NCBI GenBank assembly: GCA_043811375.1
Contig: JBDRNJ010000074.1
Span: 1-64,000, forward strand
DNA: 64,000 nt
Direction of reading: 5' to 3'
DNA from: a bacterium
GTDB lineage: Bacteria; Zixibacteria; MSB-5A5; GN15; FEB-12
The notes under the pieces were generated by a model. That model made no database searches. It saw only the letters and a program-made list of their open reading frames with translations, and had not been told where the DNA came from. This document shows positions 8,885-18,847 of the stretch, piece by piece. The position numbers and the translations under genes are program-made. Within the stretch, counting starts at the first letter, position 1; every line of letters begins with the position of its first letter.

Positions 8885-9709
8885 CTACTTCAGCATCACC
8901 ATCTTCTTCGTATCCGTGAAATCGTTAGCCAGGATACGATAGAAGTACACGCCGCTGGAATACGGAGTAGCATCCCACGTTTCTGATTGTGGTCCGGCTT
9001 CCATATCTTCATTGATCAGAGTTTCAACTTGCTGACCCAGGATATTGAAGATTGTCAGTTCGACATGCGAAGCTACCGGCAGATCAAACGAGATTTCCGT
9101 GGTCGGGTTAAACGGATTCGGATAGTTCTGATTAAGCGCGTATACCTTGGGGACTTCCGGTCCCCCGGCCGACACACCACTGAATCCCAGGGTCACCGGT
9201 TCGAATTCCGGTTTTTCCATCCGGATGTGTGGCACGCCCTTTTCATCGATGTCGTGATACACATAAGTCAGGTCATGGGTCGGGTTCTTCAACTCGACCA
9301 CTTCCAGCTTGACTTCGTTCACCGCTGGGTCGTCCACCTCGAACACCAGGTTGGCAACCGTGCCGGTCCCGGCCTGAAGAGCCGGTTTCGGCGTCGCCGT
9401 CATCTGCGGCAACAGTCCGATTACCACCGTCCGTTCCTTGTTGTTGATATTAGCTATCTTCAAATCAAAGTACGAAACGCGGGTGTTCTCAAAGTCGACC
9501 TCACGCAGGGTGACACCCTCGGAAAACTTCAGCGGTATGTCCATCGCCGTCAGGTTGGCTTCGTTGGTAACCACCAGCGGGACCACCACGGTGTTGTCAC
9601 GGGCAACCGCCTTGCTGACCGCAAACTTGTGCAGTGATCCGGCAAGGACCAACGACGGCACCAACAATACGGCGATAACGACCGTCAAAGTGAATAAGCG
9701 TTTACTCAA
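8885..9709 (-). CDS. Secreted cohesin-like domain protein with T9SS-type C-terminal sorting domain
   Basis: Signal peptide; VVVPLVVTN..LTAMDIPLKFS..GTGTVANLVFEV; LNQNYPNPFNPTT...KKMVMLK. Confidence 0.8.
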   Translation of the reverse strand: MSKRLFTLTVVIAVLLVPSLVLAGSLHKFAVSKAVARDNTVVVPLVVTNEANLTAMDIPLKFSEGVTLREVDFENTRVSYFDLKIANINNKERTVVIGLLPQMTATPKPALQAGTGTVANLVFEVDDPAVNEVKLEVVELKNPTHDLTYVYHDIDEKGVPHIRMEKPEFEPVTLGFSGVSAGGPEVPKVYALNQNYPNPFNPTTEISFDLPVASHVELTIFNILGQQVETLINEDMEAGPQSETWDATPYSSGVYFYRILANDFTDTKKMVMLK

Positions 9710-10396
9710 GGTTCACCTCCTCGAAGCAAAATTTGTTTTTGTTCCGGCCGACACGGATACCATCATTCCATTGCTCCGTGCAGCCATTACGTCATCCATA
9801 GTACGAATAGCTCTACCGGAATCAGTTACTCTTGAATGTGAACATTGCTCGAAAAGCTTCGGTGGATCACCAATACCATTACATAGATAAGCAAATCTTA
9901 GCCGTTTGTCAAGTCAATATTATCGCCCAATGTGGCGCCTCCCGGCGCCCAACCCTTCACAAACAGCAGGAATATCCTGTCTGTCCTATCTCCTTTCCTA
10001 TAATTACTACACTCTACAGGTCCCGCATGTTCCAAGAAATTACAAAAAAACAACTGTAATGCCAGAGAAATCTTTTCCCACTTCCATGCGACATCGCGAT
10101 ATCGCAGTCATCAACCCGTCGCAGAATATGCGTCGCCGGATGTGATGCGCTCGCGCACTCTTATCCGACAATATGGTCACACCGCATTGTCATTAGCAAA
10201 CTTCGCACTCCGGTATCTACCCGGGCAATCGGAATCAGGGCATAATATCACTGTGCTGACGGCATTTCACACGACAATAACGCAATTGTCGTGCCCAATC
10301 GCATTCACATCTCACTTTAGTAAACACTTGACACCGTTACACTCTGGCCTGATTTTTACTTATTATATGTAATACATCATCAGCATTGGAGGTCGA

Positions 10397-12361
10397 GTGA
10401 CTGACCCGAACGCATCCAACGAAAAATTCGAACCTGCCATTCCAGCCGGACGTATCGTTTCCGAGGTTACCTGGCGGGCTATTATCCTGGGGATCATTAT
10501 CTCCTGCCTGTTTGGAGTGGCCAACGCCTATATCGGCCTGAAGTTCGGTATGACGGTGTCGGCATCAATCCCGGCAGCGGTTATTTCGATGGCCGTCCTG
10601 CGCATGTTCTTCAAGAAAGTTTCGGTTCTGGAAAACAACATTGTGCAGACAGTGGGCTCGGCCGGTGAGTCATTGGCGGCCGGCATCATTTTCACCATCC
10701 CGGCTTTCTTCATCTGGTCGGCCAACCAGGAACTGGCCGCAGCCGGCTATTATCACGAAATCACCAAGGGGCAGATTTTCTGGCTGGCGATACTGGGCGG
10801 ATCGCTGGGCATATTGCTGATGATCCCCCTGCGCAAGTACCTGGTTGATCGCGAACATGGTAAACTGACTTTCCCCGAGGGCACCGCCTGCGCCGAGGTT
10901 ATTGTGGCCGGCGACGAGGGTGGCCGCAAAGCGAGTTTCGTCTTTTCCGGGATTGCTCTGGGTGTCGGATACAAGCTGCTGATGAACATGCTGAAAGGCT
11001 GGTCGGAGTCGGTCAACTACGCTCTCAAGGGAGTTATGAAAGGCGGCACGGTCGGTATCGATGCCTCACCTATTCTGCTGGGTGTCGGTTATATCATCGG
11101 ACCCCGTATCGCCGCGCTGATGATGGGCGGCGCCATACTCGGTTATCTGGGTATCGGGCCGCTTTTGGCTTTCATCGGCAGCCAGATTCCCGGCGTCATT
11201 ATCGAACCGGGCACGACACCGCTCAGCGACATGGATCCGGCGCAATTGCGAAATTCCTACATCAAATATCTCGGCGTCGGGGCAGTGGCGCTGGGTGGCT
11301 TTGTTTCGCTGGCCAAATCGTTCCCGGTCGTTATCTCATCGTTCAGCCAGGGTTTCAGGCAGTTGCTCGGACGTCGGGACGGTGGTGAGACGATCCGCAC
11401 CGACCGCGACCTGCCGATGAAGTGGGTCCTGCTGGGAGTCATGTTAATCGTGATCGCCATCTGGTTGCTGCCGGGAACCGAACTGCACTTCCTGGGTGTG
11501 GCCCTGGCCGTTATGTTCGGCTTCTTCTTTGTGGTGGTCGCCGCTCGGATTGTCGGTATTGTCGGCTCGTCATCATCGCCTGTCTCCGGCATGACTATCG
11601 CGACATTACTGGTGACCTGCCTGGTGCTGCTTTACTTCGGCATCTCCGGTGTGGCCGGGATGGTGACTGCTATGTCGGTCGGCGCTATCGTTTGTATTGC
11701 CGTCTGCATGTCGGGCGATATCGCCCAGGACCTCAAAACCGGTTACCTGCTGGGGGCCACCCCGATCAAACAGCAGTTGACCGAGTTTATCGGCCTGCTC
11801 TTCCCGGCGTTGGTTATGGGTGCTTTTATCTTTCTACTCAACGATGTCTTCGGCTTCGTCGAGGGTGCCACCAGTCGCACACCGCTGCTGGCGCCGCAGG
11901 CCAACGTCATGGCGACGGTGGTGCAGGGAGTGATGAATCAGAACATCCCCTGGGCGCCCATTTTGGTCGGCGCCATGATCGCCCTGGCCGTGGAACTGCT
12001 GGGAATTTCATCGCTGCCGTTTGCAATCGGTCTTTACCTGCCGTTGTCGCTCTCGTCACCGATAATGATCGGCGGCGTTGTGGCGTTGCTGGTCAAGAAA
12101 CTATCGAAGAAAGACGAGTATAAGGCTAAGAAAGAACAGGGGATACTGTTCGCTTCCGGACTGGTGGCCGGCGATGCTTTCGTCGGCGTGTCGGTGGCGT
12201 TTATGATGTTATGGCCGAGATATGCCGATTATTATGACGCCCACGAGGGCATGATGAATACCCTCTCGGGTAACTGGGGACCCTGGGTATCGCTGGCGAT
12301 GTTTGCCGGCGCCGCTTTGATACTCTGGCGCCGCGCCGTCAGCACACCGAAGGGAGTGTAG
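10397..12361 (+). CDS. OPT family oligopeptide transporter
   Basis: ANAYIGLKFG, SIPAAVIS, ENNIVQT, FPEGTAC, QDLKTG; many TMs. Confidence 0.93.
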   Translation: MTDPNASNEKFEPAIPAGRIVSEVTWRAIILGIIISCLFGVANAYIGLKFGMTVSASIPAAVISMAVLRMFFKKVSVLENNIVQTVGSAGESLAAGIIFTIPAFFIWSANQELAAAGYYHEITKGQIFWLAILGGSLGILLMIPLRKYLVDREHGKLTFPEGTACAEVIVAGDEGGRKASFVFSGIALGVGYKLLMNMLKGWSESVNYALKGVMKGGTVGIDASPILLGVGYIIGPRIAALMMGGAILGYLGIGPLLAFIGSQIPGVIIEPGTTPLSDMDPAQLRNSYIKYLGVGAVALGGFVSLAKSFPVVISSFSQGFRQLLGRRDGGETIRTDRDLPMKWVLLGVMLIVIAIWLLPGTELHFLGVALAVMFGFFFVVVAARIVGIVGSSSSPVSGMTIATLLVTCLVLLYFGISGVAGMVTAMSVGAIVCIAVCMSGDIAQDLKTGYLLGATPIKQQLTEFIGLLFPALVMGAFIFLLNDVFGFVEGATSRTPLLAPQANVMATVVQGVMNQNIPWAPILVGAMIALAVELLGISSLPFAIGLYLPLSLSSPIMIGGVVALLVKKLSKKDEYKAKKEQGILFASGLVAGDAFVGVSVAFMMLWPRYADYYDAHEGMMNTLSGNWGPWVSLAMFAGAALILWRRAVSTPKGV

Positions 12362-12409
12362 CCGCCGCCGGTCTGAGAACTGCGTACCCTGTGAGTCATG
12401 GTGAGCGAC

Positions 12410-12600
<191 letters not shown>

Positions 12601-12653
12601 AATAAGGTAGGAAGATCGAAACCGGTGCGGTTTTTAATAGCAGGCTGTACGTT

Positions 12654-13223
12654 GTGAAGGCATTGATTGCAATCTTATGCATGCTCATACTTTGTGCTTG
12701 CGGCTGTGTACGTTATCACACACTGCTGTTTGAAATGGACGAGCTCCCAGGCTCACGCAACCTGAACGAATACTCAGCCCACGGACTTGAGTGCGGACGA
12801 TACCTCGTGCACCCAGTGGTGTCAGCTTATGCCGGCAGCTCTCGAGCAGACCCAAGGGTTGACTCCGTCTTCGGGATGCGACTGTACATACATGAGGTGT
12901 CGTCGCTGCCCAGCTCTGTAAGGCACAATGATGCACTGCTCGACGGACAGATCCGAGGTGCCACGGTCCGGTCTGCCCGCGATGCTTTTGAGACACATCT
13001 CACAGTAGTACGATCAGGGTCCTGCCGCTCGCCAGAGGGTGGCCATGCTGGTCGCAGGTACATTCTTCAGCCAGTCACGATACCGGTTGACATCGATAGC
13101 ATCGTCGTTGCGGTACAGGTTCAACTCTCAAGTGCAGTGGATGCACCACCAGTCTGCGACACATTGCGGTTTGCTATGCATCGCGTTCAATCGAGCCAGA
13201 TCGGACCATTTCTGGGTGACTAG
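12654..13223 (+). CDS. Hypothetical lipoprotein
   Basis: Lipoprotein-like signal (ACGC); 189 aa. Confidence 0.6.
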   Translation: MKALIAILCMLILCACGCVRYHTLLFEMDELPGSRNLNEYSAHGLECGRYLVHPVVSAYAGSSRADPRVDSVFGMRLYIHEVSSLPSSVRHNDALLDGQIRGATVRSARDAFETHLTVVRSGSCRSPEGGHAGRRYILQPVTIPVDIDSIVVAVQVQLSSAVDAPPVCDTLRFAMHRVQSSQIGPFLGD

Positions 13224-13249
13224 TTGTGACGAGCACACTTGACAACAAC

Positions 13250-13861
13250 ATGAAAGACTTCCTCCTCAAACATAAATGGCCATTGATAGTGGCCGCCGCC
13301 GCGCTGCTGATCTTCTCCTGTATCATCTGTTCTGCCGCAGGCTGTTCGGTTCACCGCTACTACTCGGCGGAACCGGTCGGAGAAACGAGGGTATCACAGG
13401 GTCGGCTTACCTTCCGGTCCTGTTCGATGCAGCATCCGGATAAGGATTATGCCAATCAGACCAGCGATACCGCCTTCTCCGCGGGTGACTCGTATTTTCG
13501 CCAATACCAGAACTTCACCAGGGACAGTTCCAAGGAGTACTGGTTAGTGGAAGTTTGCCAAAGCGGTAGAGATGGCGCACCGAGCACTACGCTATCGATA
13601 GACTCAGTCGTTGCGCACTTCGAGAAACCGTGCGGCTCAGTGAAGATTACGAGCCTTGACCGGAGTACCTACCAGATAGCAATGAGCAAGTGTTTCTATA
13701 TTGCCCCGCTGGGTGTTCCACTGTCCTACAAGGGTGATTTCGTGCTGGAGTTTGTACTGTCCATCTACGATGAGAAGACCAATAGCCTTATTGACAGGTT
13801 GCCAGTGAAGCTCCTGTGCAAACGCCACAAGAAGTTGCTGACGCCGTGGCCCGGGAGATGA
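13250..13861 (+). CDS. Hypothetical lipoprotein whose first 20 codons duplicate the downstream gene
   Basis: MKDFLLKHKWPLIVAAAALL start; AAGC lipobox. Confidence 0.6.
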   Translation: MKDFLLKHKWPLIVAAAALLIFSCIICSAAGCSVHRYYSAEPVGETRVSQGRLTFRSCSMQHPDKDYANQTSDTAFSAGDSYFRQYQNFTRDSSKEYWLVEVCQSGRDGAPSTTLSIDSVVAHFEKPCGSVKITSLDRSTYQIAMSKCFYIAPLGVPLSYKGDFVLEFVLSIYDEKTNSLIDRLPVKLLCKRHKKLLTPWPGR

Positions 13862-13875
13862 TGCCGCCGTCTAAC

Positions 13876-16032
13876 ATGAAAGACTTCCTCCTCAAACATA
13901 AATGGCCGCTGATAGTGGCCGCCGCCGCGCTGCTGGTGCGGATGGTCTACCTGTACGAGTTGAGCACCAAGCCCGGCTTCTCGGTACCGATGGTCGACGA
14001 ACTGTGGCACTGGGAGTGGGCGCACGAAATACTGAGCAAATCGTTTTGGGGTGAAGGCGCTTACTTCCGCGCACCGCTCTACCCGTACTTCCTGGCATTT
14101 CTGACCTGGATCACCAGCAGTTCCATCTTCTGGTCCAAGCTGCTGCAACTGCTGCTCTGCGGCGGCACCGCCATTTTCCTGTACCGCCTGGCCGACCGGC
14201 TGTTTGACCGACGGGTCGCTATCATTTCGGGATTCATCTATGCCTTCTACGGCACGCTGGTCTTCTACGAAACGATGTATCTCATCCCGGTGCTGTTTCT
14301 GTTCTTGCTTGTCTGGGGAATGTATCGCCTTGTCGCCTGCGCCGATTCGTCCTCTTTGAAAACGTGGCTGGTCACCGGACTGATCTTCGGTCTGGCCGCC
14401 CTGGCGCGACCCAACGTGCTGGTGGTGATACCGTTTCTGATGCTGTGGCTTTTCTTCAGACATCAGCAACCTCTTGTCCGTAGTAAAAGAGTCCTGACTC
14501 CTCTGCTGCTGCTGGTGGGAGTAATGATAGCCATTGCCCCGGTCACCGTGCGCAACAAGATCGTCACCGGCGACTTCATCCTGATATCATCCCAGGGCGG
14601 CGTCAATTTCTACATCGGCAACAACGAAAGCGCCAACGGGTTGTGGATGGCAATGCCGGAGATCGACCTCAACCAGTCGCTCACCTGGAGCCAGTTCATC
14701 CCCATCACCAAACAGATCGCCGAGAGGGAGTCCGGGCAGTCGCTTTCTGATTCTGAGCAGTCGGCTTTCTGGACCGGCAAGGCGGTCGATTTCATAATCG
14801 ACCACCCGGGACAGTTCGTGTCCCTGGTGTATAAAAAAACGGTTTATCTACTGTGCGGTTTTGAAAACTCCGACAACACCGACATTTACTACCAGCGCGG
14901 GAAATCATATCTGTTTTCAGCGCTGCTGTGGGATATGCTGGTATACTTTCCGTTCGGAATGCTGCTACCGTTGACGCTGGCGGGAATCTACCTGTGCCGT
15001 CGTGATCTGAAAAAACTTTGGCCGTTGTACATCTTCCTTCTCGCTTACGCACCGACCATAACCCTGTTCCTGGTAACAGCCCGCCACCGTTTGCCGTTGC
15101 TGCCGTTTCTGATTGTACTGGCCGCCGCCGGACTGGTGAAGCTCCGGACTGTTCGCAAACAGCATAAGTGGCGTCAGGTCATCATTGCATTGGTCATAAT
15201 CCATGCCGCGGCGCTGGCCTACAACCGTACCTACTTCGATATCGGCTCATCCAACCCGTTCCAGATTCACTTCAACAACGGCATCAAGTTCGAACGTCTT
15301 GAGGATTACGCTTCCGCCGAGAAAGAATACCTGGCTGCCGACGCTGTCTATCCACATTCACCGGCATTGATTAACAATTTAGGCTTCACCCAATATCGAC
15401 TGGGCAAATTTGACGAGGCGGAAGACAGCTACCACCGTGCTATCCGGATCAAACCGGAATACGGCCGCGCCTACAACAACCTCGGCCTGATACTTCGTGA
15501 TCGGGGTAATAATGATTCGGCGCTGGTTCTGTTCCAAAACGCCATCGTTCGGTGGGACACGCTGACGTCGACACCGAATGAACTGGGGCAGTATTATATG
15601 AACTTAGCTGATGCGTATGAAGATGTGGGCCGGATCGACTCCGCCGGCGCCGCTTTCCTGAATGCCGTAAGCTCGGCGCCACTTGTGGGCCGGATCTACT
15701 ACAGGGCTGCCGCTTTCTTCTCCCGATATCACCAGTTCACGATTAGCGACAGTCTCTTTGTCGCCGGCAGGAAACACCACGACCCGGCCGGCAGCGACCT
15801 TTTTAACTGGGGGCTGTCACTCATGCAGCGGCAGCGTTACAGTGAAGGTATCGCCCTGATGAACCACGTCCTCAAAGTTGATCCCGATCTGTACCAGGCC
15901 TACTATCTGATTGCCTTTGCTCATCACCAGGGCGGTTCTCCCTCGGATACTGTTCGCGTCTACCTTGATAACTGTCTGCAGGCAGACCCTGACTACGAAC
16001 CGGCGCTTCAACTCAAACAGTTGCTCAAGTAG
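13876..16032 (+). CDS. GT-C (ArnT/PMT, GT39-like) membrane glycosyltransferase with C-terminal TPRs
   Basis: VDELWH acidic motif, PLYPYFLA, multiple TMs, NNLG TPR repeats. Confidence 0.85.
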   Translation: MKDFLLKHKWPLIVAAAALLVRMVYLYELSTKPGFSVPMVDELWHWEWAHEILSKSFWGEGAYFRAPLYPYFLAFLTWITSSSIFWSKLLQLLLCGGTAIFLYRLADRLFDRRVAIISGFIYAFYGTLVFYETMYLIPVLFLFLLVWGMYRLVACADSSSLKTWLVTGLIFGLAALARPNVLVVIPFLMLWLFFRHQQPLVRSKRVLTPLLLLVGVMIAIAPVTVRNKIVTGDFILISSQGGVNFYIGNNESANGLWMAMPEIDLNQSLTWSQFIPITKQIAERESGQSLSDSEQSAFWTGKAVDFIIDHPGQFVSLVYKKTVYLLCGFENSDNTDIYYQRGKSYLFSALLWDMLVYFPFGMLLPLTLAGIYLCRRDLKKLWPLYIFLLAYAPTITLFLVTARHRLPLLPFLIVLAAAGLVKLRTVRKQHKWRQVIIALVIIHAAALAYNRTYFDIGSSNPFQIHFNNGIKFERLEDYASAEKEYLAADAVYPHSPALINNLGFTQYRLGKFDEAEDSYHRAIRIKPEYGRAYNNLGLILRDRGNNDSALVLFQNAIVRWDTLTSTPNELGQYYMNLADAYEDVGRIDSAGAAFLNAVSSAPLVGRIYYRAAAFFSRYHQFTISDSLFVAGRKHHDPAGSDLFNWGLSLMQRQRYSEGIALMNHVLKVDPDLYQAYYLIAFAHHQGGSPSDTVRVYLDNCLQADPDYEPALQLKQLLK

Positions 16033-16133
16033 ACTTGCACGGTGTGACAGAATCCGGTCGATGCGCCAGGTTCGGCTCCCGGCATAACCGGAAGCGCAAC
16101 CTGACGCCGCCCCTTTTTCTGCCGATGATATGC

Positions 16134-16436
16134 TTATTTGCGAGCCACTGCGGCATTGACCGCTCGCCGGGCCACCTGGGGTGCCACCTCACAAATCGCT
16201 ATCAGTTGGTCAATCGCCTCGTCGAGATATTCCAGCCACTTTTTGCCCGGATACTTCCTTATCAGATCGTCGGTGACTTCATCGGCGATAGCGGCAATGA
16301 ACTGAGCGTACTTCTGGCGCTTCCCGACTTTCAGGAAGGGCAGCACGTACCTTTTAGTGACATAACCGGCAAACAACAATGCCGTCGATCCGAGAACACC
16401 GACCCACGAGATCGGTTCCGATACGAAATTGTCCAT
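16134..16436 (-). CDS. Small membrane protein, holin-like
   Basis: One N-terminal TM then basic/amphipathic tail; AGGAGG SD; last gene of the phage-like cluster. Confidence 0.5.
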   Translation of the reverse strand: MDNFVSEPISWVGVLGSTALLFAGYVTKRYVLPFLKVGKRQKYAQFIAAIADEVTDDLIRKYPGKKWLEYLDEAIDQLIAICEVAPQVARRAVNAAVARK

Positions 16437-16485
16437 TGGTTCCTCCTGCTTGTTTGTAGAGTTATTATAATGGCGCCTCAACCGG

Positions 16486-17691
16486 CTACCAGCCGAGCGG
16501 CCAGGCCGTATTATCGGGCACCACCAGACGTTGCCTTAAAACTGTCCCGTCGGTACGGCTTATAGTCAATTCGTATTTGGTTCCGGATGGTATCAGGGAA
16601 TCCGACGGTATCAGGTCGAGGTAGAAATAGCCCGCCGTATCGCTGGTGGTTGCCACCGCAAACGGCGATACTATCCCCCCCGAGAATCGCACCGCTCCTG
16701 AGGGAAGGTGAGCCGTCACCGAAGCGCCGGTTTCCGGAGCGCCGTTGATGTCATAGAGGTAGCCATACACCCGACACAACTCCGGTGACGAGGGCGCACC
16801 CGGATCAAACTGGTCACCGTGGACGGTGTCGCTGCCGGCACCGCTGACCACGATCGTGTCATAAGCGACAAAGGTGTAGCCGGGCGCCGTCGCCACTACG
16901 ACGAAGCTGTCGGCGTCAAGATTGAACGACACCGCTCCATCGCTGCCGGTGGCACCGGAAGCCAGCCGCGAGGTCTGAGCGACGTTTCGGACGGCCACAC
17001 TTGTCTGCGGCACTACCTGACTGACCGATGAATCAAAAGCCACGATCGTGTACGAGTAAGCACCCGAGCCGGCGCTCAATCCCGAAATCTCACTGTCGAG
17101 ATACTTGCCGAAGGTGCCGCTGACCGTATGGTTTGTTTGCGGTGTGTTCCACACCCATCGGGCCAGCGACGTCGAATCAATCGAACCTCCCTGCTCGGTC
17201 CGATTGGAATCGACCGCTCCACCCTTGGCGTAGACTGAATCGCCAATCAACGCTACCTGGTCGGACAACTCCGTGCTGATGATCTGGAAGACGTAGGTGT
17301 TGGGTGTCAGCAGATCACCACTGTTCTTTTTCGCCAGCAAACCGACGGCGTAGCTGCCGGGACTACCGCCGCCGTCCAGGTCGGCCACCTGGTCGGCAAA
17401 AGAATAGAACTGTTTACCCCTGATAGCGGTGGCGGTTATCCGGCCGTCGGTCGAGGCCATGGAATCCTTGTATACTACTGCTCCCGTGGGGTCGGTCACC
17501 ATGATGTAAACCGAGTCGGCTGTCGTTGCATTTCCCAGGCTGTCCAGTGAGTAGAAAATGAACGACAATGAGTCTTCGGCTGTAGGTGACGATGTCGAGT
17601 TGTTGACGATTGAACCCGCCGGTGTCGATACCGTCAGTAGCACTGACAGCATTGCTGTCAGAGCGATGATAACTGTCTTGGACTTGTTCAT
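16486..17691 (-). CDS. Secreted beta-rich protein with carboxypeptidase-regulatory-like domains
   Basis: Signal peptide; TGSDGAVSFNL and SDTAGYFYLDL repeats; GGAGG SD. Confidence 0.7.
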   Translation of the reverse strand: MNKSKTVIIALTAMLSVLLTVSTPAGSIVNNSTSSPTAEDSLSFIFYSLDSLGNATTADSVYIMVTDPTGAVVYKDSMASTDGRITATAIRGKQFYSFADQVADLDGGGSPGSYAVGLLAKKNSGDLLTPNTYVFQIISTELSDQVALIGDSVYAKGGAVDSNRTEQGGSIDSTSLARWVWNTPQTNHTVSGTFGKYLDSEISGLSAGSGAYSYTIVAFDSSVSQVVPQTSVAVRNVAQTSRLASGATGSDGAVSFNLDADSFVVVATAPGYTFVAYDTIVVSGAGSDTVHGDQFDPGAPSSPELCRVYGYLYDINGAPETGASVTAHLPSGAVRFSGGIVSPFAVATTSDTAGYFYLDLIPSDSLIPSGTKYELTISRTDGTVLRQRLVVPDNTAWPLGW

Positions 17692-17785
17692 ATGCCTGCC
17701 TTTTCCTCCCTGATCGCTGTCAGTTGATGGTGTTCCCCGTCCTGCCGAACGCATACCCCACCATCAGATGACCACATTCGTTTTG

Positions 17786-18553
17786 TCAATCACTCCGGAG
17801 ATGTTCCATGACTATCCGCCGTCGTCGCCCTGTCATTTCACTCGGGTAGTACAGCAGCACTATGGGATCCCTGACCGTGTCACCCTCGGTGGTACCGAAG
17901 GTCTTAATGCTGCTGTTGGCCGGAAAGGCGTTTTCATTTATGAGAATGAAGCCGTAGTCGTTGCCGGAGGTGTCCCAGTAGTTGAGTATTCTGTTGAAAT
18001 CGCTTATCTCATAGTAGTGAGTGTCGGAAACCGAAAAAGTGCAGGCCACGGCGGTAGTGTAGTCACCGCCCGGGCTGGACCAGTTCACCGAATCGCCGTC
18101 ACCTTCATCGAGGTAAGCGTGATACCAGGTGACGCCGCTGTCTTCATCGGGATAGTTGCCCAGGTTGTTGTCAAACTCGCTGCCTTCATAAAACTGAGTC
18201 GTCACCGGGTATAGAAAGATAGTGCGCTCCAGCGTATCGGCTCCGCCCTTGTAGTACAGCATCAACGTGGAGGAATCCGGCACTACTCGATCCCAGCCGG
18301 GCAGTTTCATCAACGCTCGTCGATCCTTGCCGGCATCGTTCATGCCCACCTGCAGGTTCGTGATGGCGCCGGAGTTGTAACGCCGGCAGTCTTCACCACC
18401 CCACTCGGCGTTGCAGTCAGCCCAGGAATAAATAATGCCGTCTTCGATCTCCGCCGTCCCTTTCAGTGTATCCACCCCGGCCAGGGATAAACCGGCTGTT
18501 GCCGTCCACAACAGGAGCCACACCATCAGCCTGACCGGTATTGACAACATCAC
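17786..18553 (-). CDS. Secreted DNRLRE/disaggregatase-like domain protein
   Basis: Signal peptide; RRALMKL, GVTW, WSSPGGDY, NDYGFIL motifs. Confidence 0.65.
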   Translation of the reverse strand: MMLSIPVRLMVWLLLWTATAGLSLAGVDTLKGTAEIEDGIIYSWADCNAEWGGEDCRRYNSGAITNLQVGMNDAGKDRRALMKLPGWDRVVPDSSTLMLYYKGGADTLERTIFLYPVTTQFYEGSEFDNNLGNYPDEDSGVTWYHAYLDEGDGDSVNWSSPGGDYTTAVACTFSVSDTHYYEISDFNRILNYWDTSGNDYGFILINENAFPANSSIKTFGTTEGDTVRDPIVLLYYPSEMTGRRRRIVMEHLRSD

Positions 18554-18846
18554 TTCTTTGTTCCGGCTTTGGCGGTTCCGTCCATCCGCTTTTTAGGTGG
18601 CGGTGACTCGGCTGCCTCCTGTTTGAGCGCCTCTCGCCTGATTTTTTCCAGCATACGCCAGAATTGTTTCTGGTCGGTATTGCCGGGCGCCAGTTTATGT
18701 TTCAATTCAATCATCTTAATAAAATCTCCCAGTTTGGCATGTTCCTTAACGGTTTTCCGCAGTTCCTTATGGTATTTCCTGATCAGATCGTCCAGCAACA
18801 CCAGGTCATCGGAACACTTGGTTGAACTACGCTGTGTGCCAGCCAT
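18550..18846 (-). CDS. Small basic helical protein, possible terminase small subunit
   Basis: KLGDFIKMIELKHKL helix, Lys-rich C-terminus; tightly packed in the operon. Confidence 0.5.
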   Translation of the reverse strand: MAGTQRSSTKCSDDLVLLDDLIRKYHKELRKTVKEHAKLGDFIKMIELKHKLAPGNTDQKQFWRMLEKIRREALKQEAAESPPPKKRMDGTAKAGTKK

Positions 18847-18847
18847 C

